A DNA stretch of 64,000 nucleotides from Eledone cirrhosa (Eukaryota), in contig OZ024742.1 in the NCBI GenBank assembly GCA_964016885.1, positions 135,036,001 to 135,100,000 of the forward strand, written 5' to 3'. The notes beneath the pieces are model-generated. The model had not been told where the DNA came from. It did not search any database and saw nothing but the letters and a program-made list of their open reading frames with translations. Below, one piece after another: positions 28,335 to 43,088 of this stretch. The number at the start of each line of letters is the position of its first letter. The stretch's first letter is position 1. Position numbers and translations under genes: made by a program.

Positions 28335-31300
28335 AAAGCGCCAGCACCACCACTACCATCACAACCACTACCACCACAACCACCAGCACCACTACTACCA
28401 CCACACAACCAGCAGCACAATCACGACTACCACAACCACCAGCACCACCACTACCACCACAACCACCAGCACCATCACGACTACCACAACCACCACCACC
28501 ACCACTACCACCACAACCACCAGCACCACCACTACCATCACAACCACCAGCACCATCACTACTACCACGCAACCACCAGCACCACCACTACCACCACAAC
28601 CACCAGCACCACCACTACCACCACAACCACCAGCACCACCACTACCACCACAACCACCAGCACTATCACTACCACCACACAACCACCAGCACCACCACTA
28701 CCACCACAACCACCAGCACCACCACTACCACCACAACCACCAGCACCACCACTACCACCACAACCACCAGCACCACCACTACCACCACAACCACCAGCAC
28801 CACCACTGCCATCACAACCACCACCACCATCACTACTACCACAACCACCAGCACCACCACTACCACCACAACCACCAGCACCACCACTACCACCACAACC
28901 ACCAGCACCACCACTACCACCACAGCCACCAGCACCACCAATACCACCAAAACCACCAGCACCATCACTACCACCACAATATCCACCAGCACCACCACTA
29001 CCACCACAACCACCAGCACCACCACTACCACCACAACCACCAGCACCACCACTACCATCACAACCACCAGCACCACCACTACCACCACAACCACCAGCAC
29101 CACCACAACCACCAGCACCATCACTACTACCACAAACACCAGCACCACCACTACCACCACAACCACCAGCACCACCACTACCACCACAACCACCAGCACC
29201 ACCACTAACGCCACAACCACCAGCACCACCACTACCACCACAACCACCAGCAGCACCACTATCACCAAAACCACCAGCACCACCACAACCACCAGCACCA
29301 TCACTACTACCACAAACACCAGCACCACCACTACCACAACAACCACCAGCACCACCACTACCACCACAACCACCAGCACCACCACTAACGCCACAACCAC
29401 CAGCACCACCACTACCACCACAACCACCAGCACCACCACTACCACCACAACCACCAGCACCACCACTAACGCCACAACCACCAGCACCACCACAACCACC
29501 ACAACCACCAGCACCACCACTACCACCACAACCACCAGCAGCACCACTATCACCAAAACCACCAGCACCACCACAACCACCAGCACCATCACTACTACCA
29601 CAAACACCAGCACCACCACTACCACCACAACCACCAGCACCACCACTACCACCACAACCACCAGCACCACCACTAACGCCACAACCACCAGCACCACCAC
29701 TAACGCCACAACCACCAGCACCACCACTACCACCACAACCACCAGCACCACCACTATCACCAAAACCACCAGCACCACCACAACCACCAGCACCATCACT
29801 ACTACCACAAACACCAGCACCACCACTACCACCACAACCAACAGCACCACCACTACCACCACAACCACCAGCACCACCACTAACGCCACAACCACCAGCA
29901 CCATCACTACTACCACAAACACCAGCACCACCACTACCACCACAACCACCAGCACCACCACTACCACCACAACCACCAGCACCACCACTAACGCCACAAC
30001 CACCAGCACCACCACTATCACCAAAACCACCAGCACCACCACAACCACCAGCACCACCACTACCACCACAACCACCAGCACCACCACTACCACCACAGCC
30101 ACCAGCACCACCAATACCACCAAAACCACCAGCACCATCACTACCACCACAATATCCACCAGCACCACCACTACCACCACAACCACCAGCACCACCACTA
30201 CCACCACAACCACCAGCACCACCACTACCATCACAACCACCAGCACCACCACTACCACCACAACCACCAGCACCACCACAACCACCAGCACCATCACTAC
30301 TACCACAAACACCAGCACCACCACTACCACCACAACCACCAGCACCACCACTACCACCACAACCACCAGCACCACCACTAACGCCACAACCACCAGCACC
30401 ACCACTACCACCACAACCACCAGCAGCACCACTATCACCAAAACCACCAGCACCACCACAACCACCAGCACCATCACTACTACCACAAACACCAGCACCA
30501 CCACTACCACCACAACCACCAGCACCACCACTACCACCACAACCACCAGCACCACCACTAACGCCACAACCACCAGCACCACCACTACCACCACCACCAC
30601 CAGCACCACCACTAACGCCACAACCACCAGCACCACCACACAACCACCAGCACCACCACTACCATCATAACCACCAGCACCACCACTACCACCACAACCA
30701 CCATAACCACCAGCACCACCACTACCACCACAACCACCAGCACCACCACTACCACCACAACCACCAGCACCACCACTACCACCACAACCACCAGCACCAC
30801 CACTAACGCCACAACCACCAGCACCACCACACAACCACCAGCACCACCACTACCATCATAACCACCAGCACCACCACTACCACCACAACCACCATAACCA
30901 CCAGCACCACCACTACCACCACAACCACCAGCACAACCACTACCACCACAACCACCAGCACCACCACTACCACCACAACCACCAGCACCACCAATACCAC
31001 CAAAACCACCAGCACCACCACTACCACCACACAACCACCAGCACCACGACTACCACCACACAACCACCAGCACCACCACTACCACCACAACCACCAGCAC
31101 CACCACTACCATCACAACCACCAGCACCATCACTACTATGACAACCACCAGCACCACCACTACCACCACAACCACCAGCACCACCACTACCACCACACAA
31201 CCACCAGCACCACCACTACCACCACAACCACCAGCACCACCACTACCAGCACACAACCACCAGCACCACCACTACCACCACTACCACCACAACCACCAGC

Positions 31301-32600
31301 ACCACCACTACCACCACACAACCACCAGCACCACCACTACCACCACAACCACCAGCACCACCACTACCACCATAACCACCAGCACAACCACTACCACCAC
31401 AACCACCAGCACCACCACTACCACCACACAACCACCAGCACCACCACTACCACCACAACCACCAGCACCACCACTACCACCACACAACCACCAGCACCAC
31501 CACTACCACCACAACCACCAGCACCACCACTACCACCATAACCACCAGCACCACCACTACCACCACAACCACCAGTACCACCACTACCACCACACAACCA
31601 CCAGCACCACCACTAAAACTACAACCACCAGCACCCCCACTACCACCACAACCACCAGCACCACCACTAATACCACACAGACACCAGCACCACCACTACC
31701 ACCATAACCACCAGCACCACCACTACCACCAAAACCACCAGCACCACCACTACCACCACACAACCACCACCATATCCACCAGCACCACCACTACCACCAC
31801 AGCCACCAGCACCACCACTACCACCACAACCACCAGCACCACCACTACCACCACACAACCACCAGCACCACCACTACCACCATAACGACCAGCACCACCA
31901 CTACCACCACAACCACCAGCACCACCACTACCACCACAACCACCAGCACCACCACTACCACCACAACCACCAGCACCACCACTAAAACCACAACCACCAG
32001 CACCCCCACTACCACCACAACCACCAGCACCACCACTAATACCACACAAATACCAGCACCACCACTACCACCATAACCACCAGCACCACCACTACCACCA
32101 CAACCACCAGCACCACCACTACCACCACACAACCACCACCATATCCACCAGCACCACCACTACCACCACAGCCACCAGCACCACCACTACCACCACAACC
32201 ACCAGCACCACCACTACCACCACACAACCACCAGCACCACCACTACCACCACAACCGCCAGCACCACCACTACCACCACACAACAACCACCACAACCACC
32301 ACCACACAACTACCACCACAGCTACCAGCACCACCGCTACTACCACACAACCACCACCACAACCACCACCACCACCACCACTACCACCACAACCACCACC
32401 ACCACCACCACTACCACCACAACCGCCAGCACCACCACTACCACCACACAACCACCACCACAACCACCACCACACAACTACCACCACAGCTACCAGCACC
32501 ACCACTACCACCATACAACCACCACCACAACCACCACCACCACCACCACCACTACCACCACAACCACCACTACCACCACAACCGGCAGCACCACCACCAT
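28335..32600. repeat. 27-bp minisatellite array (ACCACCAGCACCACCACTACCACCACA)n with higher-order duplications
   Basis: The unit is directly visible. It has 18-bp and 28-bp variants, and blocks of variant units recur (for example near 28921 and 30093). Confidence 0.95.
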
Positions 32601-33247
32601 CATCTCTACCAAAGTGCCCCAAATATCATCATCATTGGGTTCATGAATATTATAAAAATCGACATCGTTATTTTCCGAATCGTCATGATAATATTTAAAT
32701 TTCGTTAATGATCTTCCAACCCCCCTCACAACACCATTAGGACTTCCATGTCACCCCTGCACCTCATACACATAGACTGCCAACAGTCTCCCAATTATAT
32801 TCGGGACCTTCATTATACATACATATATATATAGTCATACTTGCATCCACCCATGTATACATGTATAAAACACTTATATCTTCACACATACTCAAATGTG
32901 TATTTATTAATGTATGTATATATATATATATGTGTGTATATATATAAATATTTATATATGTGTGTATGTATGTGTGTGTATACATATTTGTGGATGTGTA
33001 TGCGTGGCTTCTTAGTTATGGTCGTGTGCGTATATATATATATATATATATATGCTCCAATCTGCATACTGAGGTGTTGGTATACAACCACCATATACTC
33101 AATATATATATATACACACAAACATAGTCCTGTAGAATTCTTTCTATATGATATGTATATATATATAATATATATAAATGAAAGGTATAGAAAATATTGT
33201 AGCAGAAAGCCAACAGTAGTCCATAATATATAATATATATATATATA

Positions 33248-33356
<109 letters not shown>

Positions 33357-33407
33357 GTGTCTGTGTTTCAGAATTGGGGCAATTTTTTAATCTGGGATTC
33401 ATGTGGA

Positions 33408-34412
33408 TGACAAGATGGTGGTGGTGGTGGTGACGATGGTAGTGGTGGTGGTAGTGACGATGATGGTGGTGGTGGTGGTGACGATGGTAGTAGTGGTGGT
33501 AGTGACGATGGTGGTGGTGGTTACGATGGTAGTAGTGGTGGTAGTGACGATGATGGTGGTGGTGGTGGTGACCATGGTAGTAGTGGTGGTGGTGACGATG
33601 GTAGTAGGGGTGGTAGTGACGATGATGGTGGTGGTGGTGGTGACGATGATGGTGGTGGTGGTGGTGACGATGGTGGTGTTGGTGACGATGGTGGTGGTGG
33701 TGGTGGTGACGATGGTAGTGGTGGTGGTAGTGACGATGATGGTGGTGGTAGTGACGATGATGATGGTGGTGGTAGTGACGATGGTAGTAGTGGTGGTAGT
33801 GACGATGATGGTGGTGGTGGTGGTGACGATGGTAGTAGTGGTGGTAGTGACGATGGTGGTGGTGGTGGTGGTGACGATGGTAGTAGTGGGGGTAGTAACG
33901 ATGATGGTGGTGGTGGTGGTGACGATGGTAGTAGTGGTGGTAGTGACGATGATGGTGGTGATGGTGACGATGATGGTGGTGGTGGTGACGATGGTAGCAG
34001 TGGTGGTAGTGACGATGATGGTGTTGGTTGTGGTGACGATGGTAGTAGGGGTGGTAGTGACGATGGTAGTAGTGGTGGTAGTGACGATGATGGTGGTGGT
34101 GGTGGTGACGATGGTAGTAGGGGTGGTAGTGACGATGGTAGTGGGGGTGGTAGTGACGATGATGGTGGTGGCGGTGGTGACGATGATGGTGGTGGTGGTG
34201 GTGACGATGGTAGTAGGGGTGGTAGTGACGATGATGGTGGTGGTGGTGGTGACGATGGTAGTAGGGGTGGTAGTGACGATGGTGGTGGTGGTGACGATGA
34301 TGGTGGTGGTGGTGGTGGTGGTGGTGGTGACGATGGTAGTAGGGGTGGTAGTGACGATGGTGGTGGTGGTGACGATGATGGTGGTGGTGGTGGTGGTGGT
34401 GGTGGTGACGAT
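33408..34412. repeat. GGT-based minisatellite of 18-33 bp units punctuated by GTGACGATG
   Basis: Units such as GTGACGATGGTAGTAGTGGTGGTA and GTGACGATGATGGTGGTGGTGGTG. Strand polarity is opposite to the 28.3-32.6 kb array. Confidence 0.95.
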
Positions 34413-34604
34413 GTGATACACATTTTTTACTTTCGAAAATGTGCAATTTCACCATTAGTGCTTTATGTTATAAATTGAAGCAAATTATAAAGAGTGAAGT
34501 GGGAGAGAAAAGTAGTACATATGGGGGGGGGGGGGGTTAACTGGGGTGAACTGGGAGTGGAGTGAAAGGGATATAAGGAACTAGTGATTGTAAACAAAGA
34601 AATA

Positions 34605-34887
34605 GATGATGATGATGATGAGGTTGACCATCATCATCATCATCATCATCATCATCGTCGTCACCATCATATTATCATCTTTATCATCGTCATTATCAAC
34701 ATCATCATGATCATGATCATGATCATCATCATTCTCATCATCACCGCCATCATATCATCATCATCATCATCATCCTCACCGTCATATTATCATCTTCATC
34801 ACCATCATCACCACCATCATCATCATCATCATCATCGTCATCATCATTATCACCACCATATCATCATCATCACCATCATCATCGCCG

Positions 34888-34929
<42 letters not shown>

Positions 34930-35041
34930 CCATCACCATCGTCATCATCTCCATCCCCATCGGCATCATCATCAACACCATCACCACTATCCCCATCATC
35001 ATCACTATCACCATCACCATCATCATCACCATCATCTTCAC

Positions 35042-35079
<38 letters not shown>

Positions 35080-35200
35080 CCATCATCACCATCATCATCA
35101 TCATCATCACCATTATCACTACCGTCATCTTCATTATCATTGCCTATCCTCACCATCAACATCATCAGCAGCATGGTCATTATCATCATCATCATCACCA
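34605..35200. repeat. Degenerate (CAT)n microsatellite
   Basis: Directly visible. Confidence 0.95.
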
Positions 35201-35518
35201 TGCTATTGTTGAGGTAACCTTAAATTGACAACAACAACAATGGTATTAATCTTGGTAAAGTACCTAGTTTATGATGTCAGAGGGAAATGCAATCTTTCTT
35301 CTTGTTTTGTAGCTAATATACACATTACTGGCCTTGGGTCAATGTTATAAATAATGGGTATTACCAGAATATGCCTTTGGTTACATCCATATGTGTTTAT
35401 ATTGAGAGGGAAGGAGCCATACATCATACAAGACACATGGTATAATACATATTCTATAGAAGAATGTGTATATTTGTGTATATAAGTATATATGGAAGTC
35501 AAGTAAACGTGTTTAAGA

Positions 35519-35830
35519 CTATCCAACAGAATTCGTAATATAACCGTCTAGTCTCCCTATAGCCCAGGCGGACGGAATGGAGAAGGCGATTCCCCGTAGG
35601 TCGGCGAGGGAGACGCGCTGGAAAAGCCACTCCAACTCGCGGGGCTCACAGCTGCGGCTGGCCAGCTCAGCGCCTATGGGGCTGAGTAGGGTGCTAGCCC
35701 TAGGGCCGAGGACAACAGAAGTCTCCACTGCTAAGGGTACAACCGCAAACCTGTCGGAGAGCTACCTGTATTTTAGGAGTTTGGCCTCCTCAGCCCGACT
35801 TGCAGCAGAACCTGGGTTGGTGATCGGGAT
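35519..35830 (-). mobile_element. CRE-clade non-LTR retrotransposon, C-terminal restriction-like endonuclease fragment
   Basis: GC-rich island translating to PGSAASRAEEAKLLKYR*LSDRFAVVPLAVETSVVLGPRASTLLSPIGAELASRSCEPRELEWLFQRVSLADLRGIAFSI. This matches the AE..K..KY / P.AVET.G / LFQR.S.A..RGNA signature. Confidence 0.8.
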
Positions 35831-36149
35831 TTTCGTTTTTTGTGGAGACTAAGATGTTGCTTGTTATAAATTGGGGAAGAGAATAATCGAACTAACGTAT
35901 TGATTTAATAATAAAATGCAGAAATAAAAAAATTCAGATGTACGGGTATGTAAGCCTGCCAAGCAACATTTCATCATTTTATTATATTAATCTAAATAAC
36001 AAACCATAGTATATTATAGGCTCACATACTTACCGTTGTAAGCCCAAAATATTGTAATTATAATCGCCATTAAACTACTAACTAATTTAAGTGAATGTGT
36101 TTAACACCATATGTACCAAACTGATTCACCCCCAGGTTCTATAATAATG

Positions 36150-36308
36150 ACTTCTAGTATAGGCACAAGGCCAGTAATTTGGTGGGGAGAGGAAAGTCGA
36201 TTAAATCGACCCCAGTATGTTACTGGTGCTTTATTTTATCGACCCCGTAAGGATGAAAGGCAAAGTTAACCTCGGCGAGATTTGAACTCAGTGCGTAAAT
36301 GAGCGTAA
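36150..36308 (-). mobile_element. SINE family A, longer-tail variant
   Basis: Consensus core plus an extra GGGGAGAGGAAAGTCGATTAAATCGACCCCAGT segment. Confidence 0.85.
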
Positions 36309-36559
36309 TACTAATAATATAATTAGTATTTCATTTAAAGAGTTTATATTTATGTAAAAATACCTTATTACTACAAACAATGAAAATGTATATAACTAAT
36401 TAACCCTAAACTCGTGAGTGTTTTCAAAATTATTTTCAAATAATATACTGTGACTTTCAGAAGGAAATATTAATTAAAGTGTCAATGAAAATTGACCTTA
36501 AATGGACTAGAGGGCGGACTTCCTGAAATTCAATTCAAGTAACATTAAGGATGTTGTAC

Positions 36560-37444
36560 ATCTGTGAGAAAGATGCGCTAGTTAAGATGCTCCGCATTTT
36601 CTAAATCGTCATGAGGTCACTTGCAAAATATTTCCATGCGTCAGAAGGAAGAGTAAGAAATGTTTTCACGATGTCATCAGATATAAGTCTTATGTGATAA
36701 GAAAAGGTCAAATAATGACAGAAAAAATTCACTTAATCAGATCTAAAATGCTCTTTAAAAAAACTTAAAAAAATCAGCAGAAGATAATGAGATGTGGTTT
36801 TTCTCAGACGAGAAAAACTTTGACCGAGATCAGAAATTTAACAAAATAAATGAAACAGATATGCACAAAAGATTACCTGCAACTGTCGTACTTTAGGGTT
36901 GTCAGCAATGGAGGACATCAGATGCCTCCTCACTCCTTTCCACAAGACCTTAGAGTTAATTCTGCAGTCTGCATTGAGGAACTGGAAACAGTTGTTAAGC
37001 CCTGGTTAGAGGGTATACGTAATGTAAGGCCTTGTGTGCTTCAGGAAGAGACTGCACGATCACAAAGGTTAAAATAACGCCGGAATGATTGACTGAAATT
37101 CATCTTTTCACATAACCCCCTAACAATTGGTTTCGTAACTCCACAGATCTCAATAAAAAAAAACAAATACGCGTAAAATGTTGTTGAGCGAGAGGCCAAT
37201 GAACACCCCCATAACACCAAAGATTCTTTGAAATCCACCATAGTAAGAGTAATGTCCAATATGAACCAGGACTACATAATTGGAGCATATAGACGATTTC
37301 GATCTCGCATAAAAGCAATTATTTAAACTGAAGATGGCTTTATTGAATGAAATTATGAAAAAGATGATTTATTTTCATACTTATAGCTATTTTCAATAAT
37401 TAAGTTTAAACATACATATGTCCTCAAATATCTTAGGCACCTTG
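36560..37444 (+). mobile_element. Tc1/mariner transposon remnant (maT/DD37D-like)
   Basis: WFFSDEKNF, MPPHSFPQDLRVN, VVKPWLE, degraded W..NSTDLN and terminal GFIE*. The right end is ...AGGCACCTTG|TA. The left TIR was not found and there are many stops and frameshifts. Confidence 0.8.
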
Positions 37445-37500
<56 letters not shown>

Positions 37501-37544
37501 GAAATAACAGGAGGCTGGACTGGTGTAATTCCTTAAAAGGTTTA

Positions 37545-37610
37545 TTATTCTATGATCATTTCAATGACCGGGTTCAGTATGAATTCGGTGACATCATCAG
37601 GTAATCGAAA
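37545..37610 (-). ncRNA. Minimal type I hammerhead ribozyme-like motif
   Basis: Minus strand reads CTGATGA, stem II (ACCG/CGGT), GAAA, TG, ATC, then AATAAA. Stem I is weak. Confidence 0.5.
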
Positions 37611-37694
37611 TATAACAAAGGAATATAATAGACAAAATCCATGGGGCTGAAAATCAGACACGTGAGGGCGACCGAACATTTAGCAGCTTCTACC

Positions 37695-37825
37695 CCGTAC
37701 ACTACTGGTGCTTTATTATATCGAACCCATGAGGATAAAAGCGAAAGCTAACTTCGACGAGATTTCAAATCAGAACGTAAAAGGACGTAACTCAATGCTG
37801 CAAAGCTTGCTGTCCGACTCTCGAC
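37695..37825 (-). mobile_element. SINE family A, old diverged copy
   Basis: CTGGTGCTTTATT...GATTTCAAATCAGAACGTAAAAGGACGTAAC...GCCAATCC. Confidence 0.65.
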
Positions 37826-40800
37826 CGATGATGCCAATCCGGCGTCTTTATATATATGATGAAATCTACAACGATATACAAATCAATAGGTAAAAATAAA
37901 GACGATATTGTATCAATACGTAAAAATAAAGACGATAGTGTATCGCAAATATGTTCTCCACCTAAAATGAAATCGAATTACGTGTATGCATGTATGTGTG
38001 TGTGTGTGTGCGCGCGCGCGTGTGTGTGTGTCTCTCTCTCTCTCTCTGTGTGTCTGTATTTGCATCCCGCTATGTTAACATGAATATATAAGCATACGTT
38101 TATCTGTTTATATGAATATATGCATATGTATGAATATCTACGTATGTGTGTATATGTCTGTCGGTGTTACATTAGCAAACAATAGCTGTGACAGCTGTTT
38201 TTTCTTCAGAAAAATATCTTAATTCGGTCAATGTTTTGTGCGAATTAATTCGACCTATCGGCTTCCTAATGGGTATCTCATTTATTGACAGCTTCTACGT
38301 CCACACAACCCACAAAACACACAACATTGAACGACAATAGTCACGATTTATCATTTTTTCAATTTTCATTATTTCATACGTTTCTTCCTTCAATTCTCAA
38401 CACAGTAGCAATTTTAACCTCCACCTCCAACTCAAACAGTGTTTGTTTGTTTTTCTTTTTCTTTTCTTTTTTTGTCTTTTTGTGTCCCCTCATTTGCTGT
38501 CCTCATAGCTGACAGACTTTTATCGTTATAAAATTAACTCTGCCCCTCCTACGAATTTAAGGCCCTATGCATATGTTCAAATTAAATATTAATATCGCAC
38601 TTGTTTTTAGTGGAGCCTATTCTGTATTTCATGATTATATTGGATATTATTATTATCTTAAGGGAGAAGTCAATTCATATAGGTGTTGCTGTTGTTGCTG
38701 CTAGTGTTAACAAAGATGATGCACTTGAAAGTGATGCTGCTGTTAGGGACGAAATTGATGTTTATGATGAAATAATCATAACAGAATCATCCAACACATC
38801 AGCAAATCAAACATCAACATTATAAACAAGACCAATACATAGAAAAAGAATCCTTATCATCGGTTCCTATATTTTGTTGTTAGATTTATTACAATTGCAG
38901 AAATTATATTTGCATTGATGATACAATGTGGTTCTGTGGCGAAATACTGTATTTCGTTAACCATACCTTACATTGTGTTGGATAGTGTAGCCCCATATAA
39001 CTTTAATTAGAGAGAGGGTCACGGCTGTAAACCCCTTGATCCAAGCTCTGTTGAATATAAAGCCTGAGCTGGTGCTAAATAATTACAACATCATCGTTTT
39101 TTCCCAACGATCTACTGTTAAATAAAACAAAATTATACACCTTTTCCATTCGGAATCATTTGACCCAAATATCTTCAACTTCACAATACTTATTAATTAT
39201 TTATTAATCAGTCTACAGAAACATACATAAATATCAAATATTTTCTTTGATTTTCTATTAACCTTTCATTCCATTTTCCTATTTCTTCAAAAATAGAATC
39301 GACTGTGTAAGTATAACTAGATTGTTCCAGGATACAAAGAACACACACGTGAAATAGATGTAGTAAACACTTCTTCACAAATCTTGGTTTTCTAACAAAC
39401 TAACAAGAAAGGGTCTTCACGTTTTAAAACGAAAGAGAACATTGGATATTGACGTGGATCTCTTCGGTGGGATTTTGTTTTTATTATAGATTTGGTCGAT
39501 GAATGTTTAACTGGGGTTAAATAACTAGAACAACAAAAACATGTTTGACTTCAAAGAATGGACTTTATTTGCATTTACAAGACTATATTTACACTATTTT
39601 TAAAGTTTTCAATTTACAATTATTATTTGACTAGTATTTCCATATATGGCAGCTGTTGGACAGCCTTATGAATGTTTTGATCAATTTCACAAAAAGGCTA
39701 GGTGATATGCTAGTATTACTGTCGTTAGTTTTGGTATTTTTTGTTGAAGCGAAACTGGAATGCTGAGGATGGCTGTAATGATGTTGACTATATATTTTGT
39801 GGAGTTGGTATTCATTTTTCTTTGATAGTGGTGATGTAGTCCCCTGTTAAACTTCATTGAGATCCAAACAGTGTTCCTGCCTTGACTATAACTTAATTCG
39901 TTCCGTGATGTAGATATGTATGCAGTTTCCTTCCCATTATGCCAGTCAATCGACTGCATATATGTTTCAATAGTGATGTAGTAAGAATGTGGTAGGGTGG
40001 TTCATATTTCAATAGTGTACATTCGCTAAAGCTTTCACAGAAATGGTCAATGTAAATAGAATACCAAAGCGGTAAGTTAAATAACATTCAAACACTAGGC
40101 TAAATTGCAAGATTAATGTATCTCCTCGTTTCCGTCTTTCCTCTGTCTTGATTGCTCTGCATCACTCTTTCAGGTTTTTGTATATTACTCTTTCTTACTC
40201 TCATTGTTTGTTTAATATCTCACAATCTCTATTATCTTTTCCATTAATCTACTGTTTTCAGTAATTTATTTCATGCAAAAATTTCATTTGTTGGTTTTGT
40301 TTCTATTCTTTTGCATCTGTTTATTCTTTCGGTCAAAAAAGCAAGGAAAACCAACACTGAAGAGAGATGGAAATGCAAAGAATAAATATTTATGTATCCA
40401 TTGGAATTGAACAGGTCAAAGCTCAATTCTAAACTATTTTCAAAACAATCGGTTGTCTTGCAGAAACAGTCTAGCCTCGTTTTAAGGTGTCGTATTAAAG
40501 AAAATGTACATGAGAGGTTGAATGGAAACTTAAGATTATGCTGAGGTGAGTAGGTCAATATAAACGAATACGAATATTGTTATAAGAGGAGATGGTGAAA
40601 ATGTACACGTTGGGTGCAAGGTACTTACATACATGCTTACGAACACACATACATATATACATACACATATGCACGCATACATACACACACACACACACAC
40701 ATGCAGGCATACAAACATATACACATGCACGCATACATACGTACACACATACACATATACACGCAGGCATGCATTCATAGAAAAACGTACGTACATACAT

Positions 40801-41788
40801 ACAGAAATTTATTCCTTTACATGGAAACTGGTTTGTTTTTGGAGGGGGGGGGGGCTGATTTTAAATGGCATGATGGTGATATTTTCGGGTAACGGAAGAC
40901 AAGATAAATTCGATAAATATGACCTCTATAAAAAGGTTATTCAAGAAATTTCAGATTACAAAAACCTCTTAGTTCATATTCGATAGGAATGTTTGATTAA
41001 ATTATATCATTTTTCACACTTGCAACTAGAAGTGTTCTTTTGTGATGAATTAAGATAGAAGGGTTTAAATTAGTGTTGATGTTGGTGATATTTATGATGG
41101 TGGAATCGGTGTTATGTTGCTGATGTCATTGGTGGTAATGATGCTATTGCTAGATTATTATTAGTGGTAGTAGTAGTAGTAGCCTTGTTATCGAAGGCAG
41201 GGGTGATATTGTTGATATTGGTTGTGGTGAGAGTTTTATTGGTGGTTGTGGTGGTGGTGGTGGTCTAGGTGGTGTTATAAGTAGTAGTGGTTATAGTTTT
41301 GTGTTTATAGTGGTGGTGGAAATAATGGAAGCGTTGGTGACGATGTTAATGGTGGTAATGTGGGGAATGTTATTGATGTTGGTGGTAGTGATGGAGATGG
41401 TGGTTGTAATAGTTTTATTAATGGAGTTTTTGATGGTAGAGTTTGGGGCAGCGTTGTAGTTGGTAGTGTTGGAGGTTGTGGTGGTGTTAATGATGGTAAT
41501 GTTACTAGTGCTAGTGTTATCATGGTGATTGCGGTGTTATTGTCTGTAATAGTGGTTCTGTTGTAAATGATTGTATGTATTGGTTTGTTTGTGCAGCGTG
41601 GCGGCTGTGTTGGGCTACATATGACGAATACATTTGTGTATGTGTTGAGAGAGTTTGTGTATTTATGAGCATATTTGTGTGTATGTTTGTGTGTGTGTAT
41701 GTTTTTGTGTATATGGTGGGAGGGAATGTGAAGCCAGATGAGATGACAAGTATTGTATCTATTTGTAAAATGTTGTTAATGTCAAGAC

Positions 41789-41868
<80 letters not shown>

Positions 41869-42137
41869 TTATTTGTACACATATATATATATATATATGG
41901 GTGTGTGTGTGTGTTTATGCATATATATGCATAGGCGAGCTTATACTATTAAGACTATGCTATATTTTATCTGAAGAAAGCACACAAAAGCTTTGTGCCC
42001 TTTAAATACGTATATTAAAATAAATATGTTATTATAAATGATATTTTCCATTTATTAATATTATTAATAATATATATATATATATATACAATATATTAAC
42101 AAATGGAAACTACATCAACAATCTGGAAGGAAGGTAT

Positions 42138-42180
42138 ACGTTGCTGACGATAGCTAATAAGCTTGAAACTAGTACAGCGT
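42138..42180 (+). ncRNA. Minimal type I hammerhead ribozyme with intact core
   Basis: Stem I ACGTTG/CAGCGT, CTGACGA, stem II AGCT-AATA-AGCT, GAAA, palindromic stem III ACTAGT, predicted cleavage after GTA at 42174. Confidence 0.75.
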
Positions 42181-42734
42181 TCCTTTGTCAGTGTTGAACA
42201 AACGAACAACGATGGTTGCTAGACACTACGGCTTAATACGGGATGTTTGTTTACAAACACACCGAGCATTATAATACATGTTCGGTGAATACATACTTAC
42301 ATATATATATGTGTGCATGTATGTATATATATACACATGCTACTGTACGTCTGTATCCATATATGTATGTACGTGTACATACTTATATTTAAGTAACAGC
42401 CGTACTAAGAGTGGGAAATGAAATTTTGTTTCATTTTTTCCGTTTATATGTATTATATATAGTTATAAACTATTGCCAATATAGGTTTGTTATTTTTATT
42501 GATTTATTATTTTAAATCGAAACAGGCAAACCGTATTATTTTAAATTAGTATTTCTCAACCTAGTTAACTTGGTCATTTGCAATGCGAACACATGTATAC
42601 TTGTATCAGTGTTCATCCCTCTCATATATCCATATATATATATGCAGAGGTTATATTTAATTTGTTGGAATTGAACAAGCTTAAAAAAGTTTATAACCGA
42701 TATGAAGCACCCAACAGTTTAATGGAGTAAATAT

Positions 42735-43088
42735 ACAATATATTAACAAATTGAAACTATATTTATAAAACCATATTTATATTATTATACATATTTCAAG
42801 GGCCACCAAGGCAAATTATAGTACGCTCTCATCAGATAAAATACAATACAGATTTGTTTTCTAAATAAATATTGACATACCCTGAAAAAAGACAACCTTG
42901 ACTAGCCAGGAAGCTCCAACCGTTGAGGTTGTCTTTTTTCAGGGTATGTCAATATTTATTTATAAAACAAATCTGTATTGTATTTCATCTTATGAAAGCG
43001 CACCATAATTTGCCTTGGTGGCCCTTGAAATCTGTATAATAAAATAAATATGGTTATATAAATATTGTTTCCATGTGTTAATATATTG

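Noticed and set aside
28562-30834. 693-aa Gly-rich and 721-aa Val-rich ORFs as genes
   Set aside because: Several frames on both strands are open because the repeat unit lacks stops. The starts lie inside the repeat and the flanks frameshift. Kept only as a low-probability finding.
34584-35228. Poly-His, Ile, Asp and Met ORFs
   Set aside because: They are translations of the (CAT)n microsatellite.
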